Part shown: positions 45,953 to 56,671 of the stretch, piece by piece
Layout of the letters: every line of letters starts with the position of its first letter
Numbering within the stretch: position 1 is the first letter of the stretch
From: Alistipes sp.
Lineage (GTDB): Bacteria > Bacteroidota > Bacteroidia > Bacteroidales > Rikenellaceae
Assembly: GCA_045653565.1 (NCBI GenBank)
Contig: JAZOMA010000012.1
Location: forward strand, 2,553-66,552
Length of the DNA stretch: 64,000 nucleotides
Direction: 5' to 3'
Position numbers and translations under genes: made by a program
Notes under the pieces: model-generated
What the model was told of the DNA's origin: nothing
The model's input: the letters and a program-made list of their open reading frames with translations, nothing else
The model's database searches: none

Positions 45953-46753
45953 TTAGAGCGCTTGTTTGTTTTTGGCAGCACGATTGGCGCGTACATTTAT
46001 GATTATGAGTAGCAACAATACCACTGCGAAGATAATTGTAGACAAAGGACGCAACTCGGGTGTCAGACCACCCTTGCGAGCATCGGCATAGATGTATGTC
46101 GAAAGTGTCTCCAAGCCTTCGTTGCCCTTTGTAAAGAGCGTTACGGCAAAGTCGTCAATCGAGAGCGTGAAGGCGAGAATAAAGCCCGAAATCATACCTG
46201 GACGAATCTCTGGAATGATGATTTTGCAAAGTGCCTGGAATGGCGTAGCACCCAAATCTAACGCCGCCTCGTAGATGTTCGGATTCATCTGACGCAGACG
46301 AGGCATAATACTCAACACGACATATGGCGTGCAGAAGGCGATGTGCGACAAAACTACAGTTGTGTAGCCCTGCGAAATGCCCAGACTGACAAAAAGAAGG
46401 AACAACGAAATACCCGTTATGATATCGGGGTTGAGCATAGGGATGTTGTTCAATAGGTTGATAGCCTGCTTCTTACGTCCGTGCATATTGTAGATGCCGA
46501 TTGCTGCAATACTACCCAAAATAGTTGAAGCCGTAGCCGCAATCAGCGCAATGCTCAATGTGTTTTTGATGGCATCTAGCAATGAACGATGCGCACCACC
46601 GCTGAAAAGCGAGGTGTAGAGGTCGGTCGAGAAACCGGTCCAGTTGCCCAGCACCTTTGAGTTTGTAAACGAGAATATGGCTATGATGATAATTGGTGCG
46701 TAGAGCAACGCCAGCAAGAGCCATAGATAAGTTTGTGCAAAAAATCTCTTCAT
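45953..46753 (-). CDS. potC: Spermidine/putrescine ABC transporter permease
   Basis: LYAPI..FSF, EAALDLGA, FTLSIDDF. Confidence 0.92.
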   Translation of the reverse strand: MKRFFAQTYLWLLLALLYAPIIIIAIFSFTNSKVLGNWTGFSTDLYTSLFSGGAHRSLLDAIKNTLSIALIAATASTILGSIAAIGIYNMHGRKKQAINLLNNIPMLNPDIITGISLFLLFVSLGISQGYTTVVLSHIAFCTPYVVLSIMPRLRQMNPNIYEAALDLGATPFQALCKIIIPEIRPGMISGFILAFTLSIDDFAVTLFTKGNEGLETLSTYIYADARKGGLTPELRPLSTIIFAVVLLLLIIINVRANRAAKNKQAL

Positions 46754-46766
46754 ACCCCTACCCTGC

Positions 46767-47558
46767 TTAGATTAGGCTATCGCTGTCGCTCTGCTCCTCT
46801 CCGCCCGAGAAGAGCGAGGTTGCGCCGATTATGACAAGCATAATAAGCGACAACGCTGCACCATAGTTCCACATTCCGTTGTTTATATTCTCCTGTATGG
46901 TCGTACCAAACAGTTTTACGTTGTTCATAGTGAGCAACTCCGCTATTGCGAAGGTCGAAATCGTAGGCATAAACACCATCATAATGCCCGACATTACACC
47001 CGGCATCGAGAGCGGTACCGTAACCTTTCGGAACACTTCCGATGGGGTCGCGCCCAAATCCTCGGCAGCCTCAATAAGCGAGTGGTCCATCTTCTGAAGC
47101 GTATTATAGATAGGATATATCATAAACGGCAAGAAGTTGTAGACCATACCGAATATCAACGCACCTTCGCCCAATGGCAACTGCACAAAGTCGAAAAGTG
47201 CCACCGTAGCAAGCGTTCTAACCAAGATATTTATCCACATAGGTAGGATAAACAGCACGACAGTGACGTTTGAACGGTTGAGACGTTTGTTTGCGAGTAT
47301 CCACGCAGCCGGATAGCCTAACAGAATGCACAAAATTGTTGTAACCAACGCTACACCAATCGAATAGATGAAGGTGTCGAGAGCCTCGGACTGCTCGATG
47401 AAGCGAGTGAAATTAGCCAATGAGAACGCGCCTTCTGCATCCTGAAAGGCATAAATCACAATCAGCACCAAAGGCAGCGCCACGAATATAGCGAGGAATA
47501 TGGCGTATGGTATCGCCCAGTTCGCTCGTTTATTGAATATTTTCGATATAAAGTTCAT
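46767..47558 (-). CDS. potB: Spermidine/putrescine ABC transporter permease
   Basis: LGYPAA, LPMWINILVRT, YNFLPFM, EAAEDLGA. Confidence 0.92.
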   Translation of the reverse strand: MNFISKIFNKRANWAIPYAIFLAIFVALPLVLIVIYAFQDAEGAFSLANFTRFIEQSEALDTFIYSIGVALVTTILCILLGYPAAWILANKRLNRSNVTVVLFILPMWINILVRTLATVALFDFVQLPLGEGALIFGMVYNFLPFMIYPIYNTLQKMDHSLIEAAEDLGATPSEVFRKVTVPLSMPGVMSGIMMVFMPTISTFAIAELLTMNNVKLFGTTIQENINNGMWNYGAALSLIMLVIIGATSLFSGGEEQSDSDSLI

Positions 47559-47569
47559 TGCTACCCCGC

Positions 47570-48961
47570 CTAAACTATTTTTGTGATTGTGAGGTCGTTC
47601 TTGTTGATGGCGATACCTACAACGTCAAAATTGTCCCATATGTCGTTGGTATCTACATATACGAGATCTCCATCTTCGGTCTTGACAGTGAGATGATAGT
47701 GGTCGCCCTTATAGAGAATAAAGTGTATAGAGCCGATGAGTTTACCATCCTCCTTGTGATCGAGCAACTCGATGCGGTTGAACGGAACGCGTACTGTTAC
47801 CGTATCTCCAACGTTCAACCCCGATTGCTCCTTGCACTCGAACTCGGTATCGAGGAATTTAACGGTTGTAGGCGAGGTCATCACGCCCTGGAACGAGTTG
47901 CAGACACGCTCCTTGCGCATAACGTGAATATCCGATGGCTTTATAAACATTCCAACTTCAGCACCCTCCTCAAAGGCGTTGTAGTCCTGAATCATAAGTT
48001 CGAATTTGTTGTCCGTCTCTACAAACATTTCGTAGTGAACACCCTTGAATGTGCAGGATTTCACGACACCTGTAAATGCGGCGTTCTCTGTGTTCGAAAT
48101 AATGTATATATCCTCCGGACGCAACACAACGTCAACCTCTACATTTTCGCCAAAGCCGGCATCCACGCACTCGAATTTGTGACCAATGAACTCCACCTCC
48201 TTATCGCGTATCATTCTGCCGTTCAGGATATTACTCTCTCCGATGAAGTCGGCAACAAACGAGTTGACAGGCTCGTTATAAATGTCGGTTGGAGTGCCAA
48301 TCTGCTGAATTTTACCCTCGCTCATAACCACGATTGTATCGCTCAGTGTCAACGCTTCCTCCTGGTCGTGAGTTACGTATATAAAGGTGATACCGAGAGC
48401 CTCGTGCATCTCCTTTAACTCCATCTGCATATCCTTGCGCATCTTCAAATCGAGCGCAGCCAATGGCTCGTCCAGAAGCAAAACTTGCGGTTGGTTGACA
48501 ATGGCGCGAGCGATAGCAACACGCTGCTGCTGACCACCCGACAGCGAATTGACGTCACGATCCTCGTAGTCGGTCATCGACACCATCTTCAATGCTTTGC
48601 GTACTCGCTTCTCAATCTCTTTTGCGTCGACTTTTTTGAGTTTCAGTCCGAATGCAATGTTCTCATATACATCCAAATGAGGAAAGAGAGCATAACGCTG
48701 GAAAACCGTATTGAGAGGTCGCTGATGTGGGGGCATACTTAAAATGTCCTTGCCCTCCATCGTTATGGTGCCACCCTCGTCGGGTTGTGTGAAGCCCGCC
48801 AACATTCGTAACAGCGTGGTCTTGCCACAGCCCGAAGGACCCAATAAGGTTACGAACTCGCCACGCTTGATGTCGAGGTTGATGTTGTCGAGCACTATCT
48901 TGTCGCCAAATGATTTCGACAAGTTCTCGATTTTGATGATAGTTTCACTCTTTTTTGCCAT
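47570..48961 (-). CDS. potA: Spermidine/putrescine ABC transporter ATPase
   Basis: [34 protein letters not shown], duplicated TOBE-like tail. Confidence 0.94.
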   Translation of the reverse strand: MAKKSETIIKIENLSKSFGDKIVLDNINLDIKRGEFVTLLGPSGCGKTTLLRMLAGFTQPDEGGTITMEGKDILSMPPHQRPLNTVFQRYALFPHLDVYENIAFGLKLKKVDAKEIEKRVRKALKMVSMTDYEDRDVNSLSGGQQQRVAIARAIVNQPQVLLLDEPLAALDLKMRKDMQMELKEMHEALGITFIYVTHDQEEALTLSDTIVVMSEGKIQQIGTPTDIYNEPVNSFVADFIGESNILNGRMIRDKEVEFIGHKFECVDAGFGENVEVDVVLRPEDIYIISNTENAAFTGVVKSCTFKGVHYEMFVETDNKFELMIQDYNAFEEGAEVGMFIKPSDIHVMRKERVCNSFQGVMTSPTTVKFLDTEFECKEQSGLNVGDTVTVRVPFNRIELLDHKEDGKLIGSIHFILYKGDHYHLTVKTEDGDLVYVDTNDIWDNFDVVGIAINKNDLTITKIV

Positions 48962-48963
48962 CT

Positions 48964-50034
48964 CTACTTTTTGCGGTTATTCAAAATGGTTTGGGTTAGA
49001 TTAAAATGATATGTTGCGCCGACCATTATCGACACGCTGTTTGCAAAGTTGTTGTAGGCCGCTACGGCGTGCAATCGCAAATCGCGACTCTCGCGCAATG
49101 GGAAGTAGTGCACTCCACCGCCCACATACCAATATCTTGGGCAGAATGAGTTGTCGGTTGGAACAAAGAGTTCGTCCTCGTAGGCGAAGAGGTCGCTGTT
49201 GTAGTTCTCGTAGCCACCCTTAGCGAACACCTCAATCTTATCCTTGTGGTTATAAAGGAGTTGCGCTCCTACGGAAAACTCCTGGTTGAAGAATCGCTTA
49301 ACCGAGGTTGCACGATTCATATAGTCCAGCTCGAGCGTGAAATCGCCCATCGAGAAGGCGTTGCCGAGTGCTATGATATTGACAAATTTGCCACGCTCGT
49401 ACTCGATGAAATTCACCGACCAGATAGGCGAATAGAAACCATATTCAGCGTGCAAATCGAGCGAATAGGCGAACATCTTCGAGCCAAAGAGCTTTGTGCT
49501 GAATGGCGAAGTGCAGAATTGGAAACGGAGATTAGTACTCTCGTCCTTGGTGGTGTAGTCCACCGATGCACCCCAATGGTAGATGGAGAGCTTGTGCCAG
49601 AATGGCGAAGCAAGCGAGGTGTGTACATCCACATCGTAGTAATCCAACTCCCAAGTGCCTATAGCGAGGGTATCTTTACCAACGGTAAAACCGAAGCGCC
49701 CCACCTGATATGACAAGGCGAGCCAGTCGATAAAGTCATCTTCGTTAGGGTTTGTGAAGTTGTTGTAGAGCGCTTTTGTTGAATCCCAATCACTCGCAAA
49801 CCAATGGTTGCAGAGCGAGTAGGAGAAGTTGCCTACCGAACCGTCTAAGAATGTGTAGAGTGATGAGTTTCCAAAATCGAAACCTTTGTAACCGCTCTTG
49901 ATAGGTGCGTACGGATTAACATCGAAACGAGGTGTTACGATAAACTCGGGGATGTTGCTTTCGGCCTTAGCCTCTTGCGAATAGGTACAGAAGTAGCAAA
50001 GTATTGCTACAAGCAGTGCAAGTCCTCTTTTCAT
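48964..50034 (-). CDS. Outer-membrane porin-like protein, first gene of the pot operon
   Basis: Signal peptide, aromatic amphipathic strands, 2-nt gap to potA. Confidence 0.75.
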   Translation of the reverse strand: MKRGLALLVAILCYFCTYSQEAKAESNIPEFIVTPRFDVNPYAPIKSGYKGFDFGNSSLYTFLDGSVGNFSYSLCNHWFASDWDSTKALYNNFTNPNEDDFIDWLALSYQVGRFGFTVGKDTLAIGTWELDYYDVDVHTSLASPFWHKLSIYHWGASVDYTTKDESTNLRFQFCTSPFSTKLFGSKMFAYSLDLHAEYGFYSPIWSVNFIEYERGKFVNIIALGNAFSMGDFTLELDYMNRATSVKRFFNQEFSVGAQLLYNHKDKIEVFAKGGYENYNSDLFAYEDELFVPTDNSFCPRYWYVGGGVHYFPLRESRDLRLHAVAAYNNFANSVSIMVGATYHFNLTQTILNNRKK

Positions 50035-50176
50035 CTTCCATACAAAAAATCAAATGGTTCAGGGTACAAATATAGACAAAAATTCATAATTCAAAATGCA
50101 AAATGCAAAATTGTGGGGTAAAAATTATAAATTTTTAGTGGCTATTAGCCATTAGCCATTTTCAGTGGCGCAATTT

Positions 50177-50275
50177 TTAGAGGTTGTTAAAGGATATTAA
50201 AGGTTGTTAGAGGTTATTAGAGGTTATTAGAGAGCGCCACTCTAACTCCCCTTAACCACTCTTAACTACCGCTAA
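50177..50275. repeat. Nonamer arrays (TTAGAGGTT-like) with an inverted counterpart
   Basis: TTAGAGGTTGTTAAAGGATATTAAAGGTTGTTAGAGGTTATTAGAGG then CTCTAACTCCCCTTAACCACTCTTAAC. Related arrays at 2753-2783 and 13189-13222. Confidence 0.75.
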
Positions 50276-50335
50276 TAACATCTATTTTCTTGGCGCACTT
50301 TTTGCACTTTCGGAAATAAGTTGCTATATTTGTGG

Positions 50336-50591
50336 TGCAGTCCTCGGATTGCAGACATATTATTAGTGAAAGTGTTTCGCAAACCTTGACGATAAAATTT
50401 GGCGATTTTACAAAGAGCAAGGATAAGCAACAGCACTCTACACCGCATTTGGTATATCATTTTCTACATATACCATTCGGTGTGAGGTATTGTTTATTTG
50501 CTCTTGGGCCACGCCAAATGCCTATCGTCAGATAAACGAACAGCCTCACACTTTCTTTTTATTTTAACCGCACATTCGGGGCAGGTGGGCA
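50336..50591 (+). ncRNA. Candidate 5' leader RNA, long copy with a ~145-nt rod and an alternative pairing
   Basis: Promoter TATATTTG at 50325-50332; six nested stems 50387-50530; closing GAAAGTGT/ACACTTTC followed by a T-run. Confidence 0.65.
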
Positions 50592-50610
50592 AACAAAAAA
50601 AACATTTGTT

Positions 50611-51696
50611 ATGAAGAAGCTATTAACAATCATTATTCTTGCAAGTCTATTAACGTCGTGTAACTCGGAACGGAAATATGAGAAATTAGCCAACGAGTAT
50701 CTGCAAAAGAATAAAATTCCTGCCGAGAGGGTTATTGCATCGTTACCAAATAAGGAGTATCATGCCTTGTACTTTATTGAGTATGCAGAACTTGGTCGTA
50801 TGACCGAGCTTGGTGATAAGTGTCATAACATTATTAAGTATGACCTCAAAACAAGAGAACGCACTACCATATTAAGCGCAAAGAATCTGCCTCAGGAGTT
50901 AGACAAAGGTGCAGGTTTTATCACGATTGACCATTTCGGCGTTGATAACGATTTTATATACATTACCTCCTATATCGATGTAGGATATTATGATATCGCC
51001 TTGTATAGTATGAGTTATAACCTTTGGTTATATGTAGATAGTGCCTATGTTGATGAGATATCTATGTCTAATTGGGAACTAACTGTAAGGGGTACCGATA
51101 TTGACTTTCCGGCAGCCGAGTGCTTTGGCAATCTTATTTGGACGAAAAAGTATAATATATCGACAGATTGTATAGAGAATACTCTGTATGATACAAATCT
51201 TTACAAATACTATGATGGTGAAAGACTTATAGAGAAAGAGGATATATACTATATTCAACGGATGATACAAGAGAATTGTGTTGAATATCTTAGGAAAATA
51301 TCTGTTTCAAGTGTTGAGTTACTACAAGAATTTGAGGAGAATCAGGCTGCTTGTGACGCTAAATATAGAGGAAAGGCTCTATTCTTCTATATAGATAATA
51401 TACACGAAATAGGCAATGTCCAAGATGATTATGTATACAAATACGAATATGCTGATTACAGATATTATGTTAAAGGCTTAGGTAATTTCCCTTATTCCAT
51501 ATATTGTTTCTCAAACGATCCTGCCGTCGTTTCAATGATAAAAGATGATGCTTGTGTCTTTTATGGAGAATATGTAAGTTCAACAAGCCAATATGAGATG
51601 CACATGGTTAATTGCCGGACTCTCGACAAAGAGATTATGGACTATGTTTTCAACTCTCTTTATCTTCCATACATAGCAAGTTTGAAAGGTAACTAA
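50611..51696 (+). CDS. AT-rich lipoprotein with a C-terminal tRNA_anti-like OB-fold
   Basis: Lipobox LLTSC; VSSVELLQEFEENQAACDAKYRGK motif; visibly lower GC than its neighbours. Confidence 0.78.
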   Translation: MKKLLTIIILASLLTSCNSERKYEKLANEYLQKNKIPAERVIASLPNKEYHALYFIEYAELGRMTELGDKCHNIIKYDLKTRERTTILSAKNLPQELDKGAGFITIDHFGVDNDFIYITSYIDVGYYDIALYSMSYNLWLYVDSAYVDEISMSNWELTVRGTDIDFPAAECFGNLIWTKKYNISTDCIENTLYDTNLYKYYDGERLIEKEDIYYIQRMIQENCVEYLRKISVSSVELLQEFEENQAACDAKYRGKALFFYIDNIHEIGNVQDDYVYKYEYADYRYYVKGLGNFPYSIYCFSNDPAVVSMIKDDACVFYGEYVSSTSQYEMHMVNCRTLDKEIMDYVFNSLYLPYIASLKGN

Positions 51697-51743
51697 AAAT
51701 TGTTGCTACGAACCTAAGGGCTCTCGCAATGACAAAATGCTTT

Positions 51744-51773
51744 GCACCCTCCGCAATTGCGGAGGGTGTTTTT
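51744..51773. terminator. Terminator between convergent genes
   Basis: CACCCTCCGC-AATT-GCGGAGGGTG followed by T5. Confidence 0.82.
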
Positions 51774-51774
51774 G

Positions 51775-54621
51775 CTAATATAATTTAGTTTTCCGCTTTC
51801 CGTTTTCCGTTAAAACCTTGCTCAGATACTTCGCTGTGTGGCTCTGTTCGCATTTGACAACCTCGCTTGGAGTGCCCGTTGCGATGATTTCGCCACCATC
51901 CTCGCCACCCTCTGGACCGAGGTCGATGATGTGGTCGGCAACCTTTATAACGTCGAGGTTGTGTTCAATAACTATTACTGTGTTGCCACGGTCTACCAAC
52001 TTGTTCAAAACCTCGATCAGACAGCGTATATCCTCGAAATGTAAGCCCGTGGTTGGCTCATCGAGGATGTAGAGCGTGTTTCCGGTGTCACGTTTCGATA
52101 GCTCGGCAGATAGTTTTATACGCTGGCTCTCGCCACCCGACAATGTGGTGCAAGGTTGTCCGAGCGTGAGGTATCCCAAGCCGACGTCCTGAATTGCTTT
52201 CAGCTTCTGATGAATGGTCGGAATATGTTCGAAGAAATCGACCGCAATGTTTACGGTCATATTTAGTACATCGTTGATACTCTTACCTTTATAGCGCACT
52301 TCCAGTGTCTCTTTGTTGTAGCGGTTACCTCCGCACGCCTTACATTGCACATAGACATCGGGTAAAAAGTTCATCTCAATAGTCTGCACACCCGCACCAC
52401 GACACTCCTCGCAGCGTCCACCCTTCACATTGAACGAGAATCTACCAGCCTTAAAACCACGCACTTGCGCATCTGGCGTAGCTTCAAACAATTTGCGAAT
52501 ATCGGCAAATACATTCGAATATGTTGCCGGATTTGAGCGCGGAGTGCGACCAATAGGCGATTGGTCAACAACGACCAACTTGTCGATATTCTCTAGCCCC
52601 TCAATCGCATCGTATGGTAGCGGTTGAGCGTATGAGCGATAGAGCTTGTGCGAGAGAATTGGCACAAGTGTTCCGTTTATAAGCGACGATTTTCCCGAGC
52701 CACTGACACCCGTTATGCAGATAAGTTTTCCGAGCGGAAACTCCACATCTACGCCTTTGAGATTGTTGCCTCGTGCGCCAATGATTTTGAGCGATTCTCC
52801 ACTACCCTTTCGCAACTCCTGCGGAATCTCTATACTGCGGCGACCTGCCAGATAATCAGCAGTATAGCCCGTTGCACCTACAATTTCACTATATGTGCCT
52901 TGCGCTACAATATGTCCACCTCTTCTACCCGCCTTTGGACCGATGTCTACGATGTAGTCCGCCTCGCGCATCATCTCCTCGTCGTGCTCCACCACAATTA
53001 CCGAATTACCGGCATCGCGTAACGCCTTCAGGGTGTTGATTAGTCGCTCGTTGTCGCGTTGATGCAAGCCAATACTTGGCTCGTCAAGAATATAAAGCAC
53101 ATTAACCAACTTCGAGCCAATCTGCGTGGCAAGTCGTATGCGCTGACTCTCGCCACCCGAGAGTGTGCGTGATGCACGACCAAGCGATAGATAGCCCAAG
53201 CCTACGTCGGTCAAAAAGCGCAATCTCTCGCGTATCTCTTTGACTATCTCGCGAGCAATTTTCAACTCTTTGGTTGTGAGTTGCTCCTCTATGCCATCGA
53301 ACCATTCGCGCAGTGAGGCGATTGACATTGCAGAGAGTTCTGCTATGTTTTTGCCTGCAATGCGGAAGTATAACGCATTCTCTTTCAGACGGCTACCGTT
53401 GCAAAGTGAGCATTTGTGATACGCCACAAACTGCTCTTTCCACTTCTCGCCTTTGCGGGCGGTGTCATCCTCCTTTTTGGAGTTGATATACTCGGCTACG
53501 CCCTCCCACGAGCGCATTTGGCGACCTCGGCTAAACTGCTCCGAAACCTCCACCAACATAGGCTCGTCGTCGCCATAAAGAATGGCATTTAGACCCTCCT
53601 CCGAAATTGTTCCGATGGGGTCATCGAGCGAGAAGTCGTATCGTTTGCCGAGAGCCTCGAGTATTGCAAAGAGCGTATTTTCACGACCCTTGCCGAGTGG
53701 CGCTACACCACCCTCTCGCAACGAAAGTGTATTGTCGGGGATAACTTTTTCTATGTCGTATACCGCCTCCTCGCCAATGCCGTTGCATCGTGGGCAAGCA
53801 CCCTTTGGCGAGTTGAACGAGAAAGTGAATGGTTCTGGGTCTTCGAATGCAATGCCTGTAGTTCGACACATTAAGTGGCGTGAGTAGTGACGCAACTCGC
53901 CAGTATCGTAGTCGTGTATTGCCATCTGACCTTTTCCCTGTCGCATAGCCTCCTGTAGCGAGGTCATAATGCGGTCGCGAGCATCCTCACGGGCTGTCAT
54001 CCTATCAACCACCAACTCTATAGAGTGTGTCTTGTAGCGGTCGAGTTGCACGCCACCTGTGAAGTCGCGAACTACGCCGTCTATGCGGGCATAGATGTAG
54101 CCTTTGCGGAGTAGCGAGTCGAAAAGTTCGCGGTAGTGACCCTTGCGCTCTCGGACTATAGGTGCGAGAATTGCTATCTTTTTACCGTTGTAGTCGCGCA
54201 GAATCAAATCTACAATTTGCTCGTCCGAATAGTGCGCCATCTCCTCGTTTGTTGCAGGAGAGTATGCGCGAGATGCACGAGCAAATAGAAGTCGCAGAAA
54301 ATCAGCGATTTCGGTTACAGTACCTACTGTCGAACGAGGGTTGCGGTTTGTGGTTTTTTGCTCGATGGCTACAACGGGCGAAAGACCTGTGATTTTCTCA
54401 ACATCAGGTCGCTCCATTGTACCAATATACTGTCGTGCGTAGGTCGAGAGGGTCTCCATATAGCGACGCTGTCCCTCGGCGTAGATGGTGTCGAATGCGA
54501 GTGACGACTTGCCCGAGCCCGAAAGTCCAGTAATCACAACCAGCGCATTGCGAGGTATCTCGAGATCTATATTCTTGAGGTTGTGGACTTTTGCGCCCAC
54601 GATTTTGATTTTCTCCTCCAT
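51775..54621 (-). CDS. uvrA: Excinuclease ABC subunit A
   Basis: [23 protein letters not shown], two ABC modules, Zn fingers, LSGGESQR. Confidence 0.98.
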   Translation of the reverse strand: MEEKIKIVGAKVHNLKNIDLEIPRNALVVITGLSGSGKSSLAFDTIYAEGQRRYMETLSTYARQYIGTMERPDVEKITGLSPVVAIEQKTTNRNPRSTVGTVTEIADFLRLLFARASRAYSPATNEEMAHYSDEQIVDLILRDYNGKKIAILAPIVRERKGHYRELFDSLLRKGYIYARIDGVVRDFTGGVQLDRYKTHSIELVVDRMTAREDARDRIMTSLQEAMRQGKGQMAIHDYDTGELRHYSRHLMCRTTGIAFEDPEPFTFSFNSPKGACPRCNGIGEEAVYDIEKVIPDNTLSLREGGVAPLGKGRENTLFAILEALGKRYDFSLDDPIGTISEEGLNAILYGDDEPMLVEVSEQFSRGRQMRSWEGVAEYINSKKEDDTARKGEKWKEQFVAYHKCSLCNGSRLKENALYFRIAGKNIAELSAMSIASLREWFDGIEEQLTTKELKIAREIVKEIRERLRFLTDVGLGYLSLGRASRTLSGGESQRIRLATQIGSKLVNVLYILDEPSIGLHQRDNERLINTLKALRDAGNSVIVVEHDEEMMREADYIVDIGPKAGRRGGHIVAQGTYSEIVGATGYTADYLAGRRSIEIPQELRKGSGESLKIIGARGNNLKGVDVEFPLGKLICITGVSGSGKSSLINGTLVPILSHKLYRSYAQPLPYDAIEGLENIDKLVVVDQSPIGRTPRSNPATYSNVFADIRKLFEATPDAQVRGFKAGRFSFNVKGGRCEECRGAGVQTIEMNFLPDVYVQCKACGGNRYNKETLEVRYKGKSINDVLNMTVNIAVDFFEHIPTIHQKLKAIQDVGLGYLTLGQPCTTLSGGESQRIKLSAELSKRDTGNTLYILDEPTTGLHFEDIRCLIEVLNKLVDRGNTVIVIEHNLDVIKVADHIIDLGPEGGEDGGEIIATGTPSEVVKCEQSHTAKYLSKVLTENGKRKTKLY

Positions 54622-54625
54622 CGCA

Positions 54626-55414
54626 CTACTCCTTAATAGACATAATTGAGTAGAAAAAATCGTGCAACGATATCCACTCCATCAAATCGGCGAAACATAT
54701 GGCGACAATAACTGCCATAAATATTTTTATGAAATTCTTGCCCCATCCTGCCATATAGTGCGAAGCAATAAACGAGCCTATCATATTGCCGACGCCGTGG
54801 ATAAGTCCAAATGTGTAGTCTACATTGCCCATAATCATAAATACTGCCAGCGAGAATGGCGTGGCGAGCAGAATTACGAAGCCTTTTATGGCGTTGGCTG
54901 TAACCAAATCCATACGCATAATCCACAGCGTGATAGCGAGAATTAGGTATCCAATACCGATGTAGATGTAGCCCCCGTAGAAACCAATCAGGAAGAACCA
55001 GAGATAGTGCAACGGCTTGATTTCGATGCGATTTCCGGCCTTTATTTTGATATGGCTATCGAATAAAAGATAGACCATAATCACGAGCAAAATTACTCCG
55101 AAGCATATTTTGAAAACCCACTCGTTGATGTACGACGCAACGAACGAACCCGCTATGTTTCCTAAAATTACGGGTATCGAAAGGAGTAAGCCGTGCTTGA
55201 GGTCGAATGTCTTTTTGCGGATGAATGTGATGGATGCAGCGAGATTTTGCATCAATACGGCGATGCGGTTTGTGCCGTTGGCAACATTTATGGGCAGGCC
55301 AAAAGCCATAAGCATAGTCATAGTTATAATCGAACCACCTCCTGCGAGGGTGTTGATTATGCCGACAAGTGTTCCCGAAAGAAGCAGAACTACAACTATG
55401 TGCCAATCCATCAT
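54626..55414 (-). CDS. Sulfite exporter TauE/SafE family membrane protein
   Basis: [22 protein letters not shown]. Start placed at MMDWH. Confidence 0.88.
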   Translation of the reverse strand: MMDWHIVVVLLLSGTLVGIINTLAGGGSIITMTMLMAFGLPINVANGTNRIAVLMQNLAASITFIRKKTFDLKHGLLLSIPVILGNIAGSFVASYINEWVFKICFGVILLVIMVYLLFDSHIKIKAGNRIEIKPLHYLWFFLIGFYGGYIYIGIGYLILAITLWIMRMDLVTANAIKGFVILLATPFSLAVFMIMGNVDYTFGLIHGVGNMIGSFIASHYMAGWGKNFIKIFMAVIVAICFADLMEWISLHDFFYSIMSIKE

Positions 55415-55526
55415 TTTCCTAACTTTTGCTATTAAGGTCACAAAGTTAGGTAAATTTATGAATTTTTAATTAAGAATTATGAATTATTTTTTTCGGACTT
55501 CACAATTCTTTGTTCTAAAACCTCTT

Positions 55527-56546
55527 TTAGAATCTCGCTACCGGCGCGGCATCGAGAGTCGAAAACTCCTCGTTCAAATATTTGTAGTATCCCGCCACTG
55601 CAATCATTGCTGCATTGTCGGTTGTGAAGCGACGCTCGGGGATGAAAGTGCGCCAACCGCGCTTCTCTCCTTCGGCTGCAACGCGCTCTCGTAGGAGCGA
55701 ATTTGCTGCCACTCCACCACCTATTGCTATGTCTGAAATGCGATAGTGCTTGGCTGCCTTCACCAGTCGCTCGACGAGTATGTCGACAACCGTGTGAAGT
55801 ATTGCTGCACAGAGGTCTGTCTTACGTTCCTCTATGAAATTAGGGTTTTGAGCAACCTCGTCGCGCAGAGTGTAAAGGAAAGAGGTCTTTAATCCCGAAA
55901 ACGAGAAATCGAACTCACCAATGCGTGGCTTTGCAAACTTGAAAGCGTCAGGATTACCCTCTTTTGCGAGGGCGTCGATAACGGGCCCTCCAGGGTATGG
56001 CAACCCCATAACTTTGGCGCATTTATCGAGTGCTTCGCCTGCTGCGTCGTCGATGGTCGAGCCAACGATCTCCATATCGAATGGCGAGTTGACCTTTACG
56101 ATTTGGGTATGTCCACCACTAACCAAAAGGCAAAGGAATGGGAAGTTTGGATGCTCGCACTCCTTATCGGGCATATCCACAAAGTGTGAAAGGATATGTC
56201 CGTGAAGATGATTGACCTCGACAAGTGGGATGTTGTTTGCTATGGCTAAGCCTTTGGCAAACGAGGTGCCAACCATCAACGAGCCAAGCAAACCTGGTCC
56301 ACGAGTAAAGGCGATGGCGTCGATTTTGTCGGGTGTGACGCCAGCATCTCGGAGCGCCGCATCTACCACAGGCACAATGTTTTGCTGGTGCGCACGTGAA
56401 GCAAGTTCTGGGATAACTCCGCCGTATCGTTCGTGGACAGCCTGCGATGCTATAACGCTCGAAAGAAGGGTTGTATTTCGCAATACAGCAGCCGATGTGT
56501 CGTCGCAAGATGACTCAATTCCCAAAATGATAATTTCGTTGTTCAT
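55527..56546 (-). CDS. tsaD: tRNA N6-threonylcarbamoyltransferase
   Basis: LGIESSCDDT, GGVIPELASRAH, HLHGH, VSGGHT, DDAAGEA, SFSGLKT, TDNAAMI. Confidence 0.98.
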   Translation of the reverse strand: MNNEIIILGIESSCDDTSAAVLRNTTLLSSVIASQAVHERYGGVIPELASRAHQQNIVPVVDAALRDAGVTPDKIDAIAFTRGPGLLGSLMVGTSFAKGLAIANNIPLVEVNHLHGHILSHFVDMPDKECEHPNFPFLCLLVSGGHTQIVKVNSPFDMEIVGSTIDDAAGEALDKCAKVMGLPYPGGPVIDALAKEGNPDAFKFAKPRIGEFDFSFSGLKTSFLYTLRDEVAQNPNFIEERKTDLCAAILHTVVDILVERLVKAAKHYRISDIAIGGGVAANSLLRERVAAEGEKRGWRTFIPERRFTTDNAAMIAVAGYYKYLNEEFSTLDAAPVARF

Positions 56547-56671
56547 ATTTTAATTTTATTTTTCGTTCAATTTTTTTGGTTCTTTGTTTGCAAGTTCGAC
56601 AAAATATGACTACTTTTGTAAGTTATTATATAACTTATGCGGCATAAAGTGCCGAAAATGAGAACAAAACC

